Positions 63,496 through 64,000 of a stretch of DNA of 64,000 bases are shown here, piece after piece. Position 1 is the stretch's first letter; every line of letters starts with the position of its first letter. The notes under the pieces were generated by a model. The model searched no databases, was not told the origin of the DNA, and was given only the letters and a program-made list of their open reading frames with translations. Where the stretch lies: positions 32,001 through 96,000 of the forward strand of contig CAVZZA010000004.1 of NCBI GenBank assembly GCA_963779615.1, in the 5' to 3' direction. The stretch is from an uncultured Nitrososphaeraceae archaeon. Lineage in GTDB: Archaea > Thermoproteota > Nitrososphaeria > Nitrososphaerales > Nitrososphaeraceae. Made by a program: the position numbers and the translations under genes.

Positions 63496-64000
63496 TAGTG
63501 AAAGGTGGTTGTGGAAGGGAATGACAGCGTGGATTTTGGGACCTGCAATCTACAAGGCCTTGTGGTCTTGCCTCAAGCGGCATGCTCAGTGGTTTATATA
63601 TATATAAGTGAATGCATGCTAGATATACTTATGGGTAATTCATAATAAATTGGTGTCCTTAAAGACACTGCAATTGATTTTGATTTCGGCAGGTCAAAAG
63701 ATGTGGGGCGGTGTCGCGTGCCCTCCTCCACCATAGCCTCTCACTAATGTGCTAATAAGTAAATGGCCCACCGCTTTTGTGCCGCATCCAAAAAGGAAGA
63801 TGTCTCCACTACCAGTCTTTACCATCTGTTGGTTTTGAAATCCTTTTAAAACCATTTAATGGATCTTCTTCAAGGCATTTAAGCTGTTAAAAGTCTCATA
63901 ATAGTCTATCCTCTGAAAAGCCCTAGGCAACTGCTGAAGTGACCGCCTGTCATCACCGCGACACTTTATATTTGCAAAGACACATGAAAGTGCTGAACCA

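Overview
This is an AT-rich archaeal chromosome segment. Gene content (archaeal EF-2, ND-AspRS with gatCAB, PurP, futalosine mqnC/D/E, HMG-CoA synthase, BHB-type tRNA intron) and composition point to an ammonia-oxidising archaeon of the Nitrososphaeraceae, probably Nitrosocosmicus-like; this assignment is inference. Bases 1-20 kb are semi-accessory: zinc-finger microproteins, a secreted NATS-repeat protein, an HD/PDE-GNAT fusion, a reduced ebo-like cluster, a GCS2 ligase with an M20 peptidase, an HNH nuclease, a short heme A synthase and an IS6 relic. Bases 20-55 kb are a dense housekeeping block. After tRNA-Ser(GCT) at ~55 kb there is an integrase relic, a decayed island and a GC-richer tail from ~62 kb. 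The most striking unexplained structure is a perfect 87-bp inverted duplication (17175-17261 / 17649-17735). It copies the promoter and first ~15 codons of heme A synthase, points them at the HNH gene, and flanks a 387-bp potentially invertible spacer. Other leads are an OSTC/OST3-like membrane protein, two unannotated paralogue families and many long intergenic hairpins. Five genes carry 1-2 nt insertion frameshifts that look like long-read errors. All calls are by eye; no searches were run.
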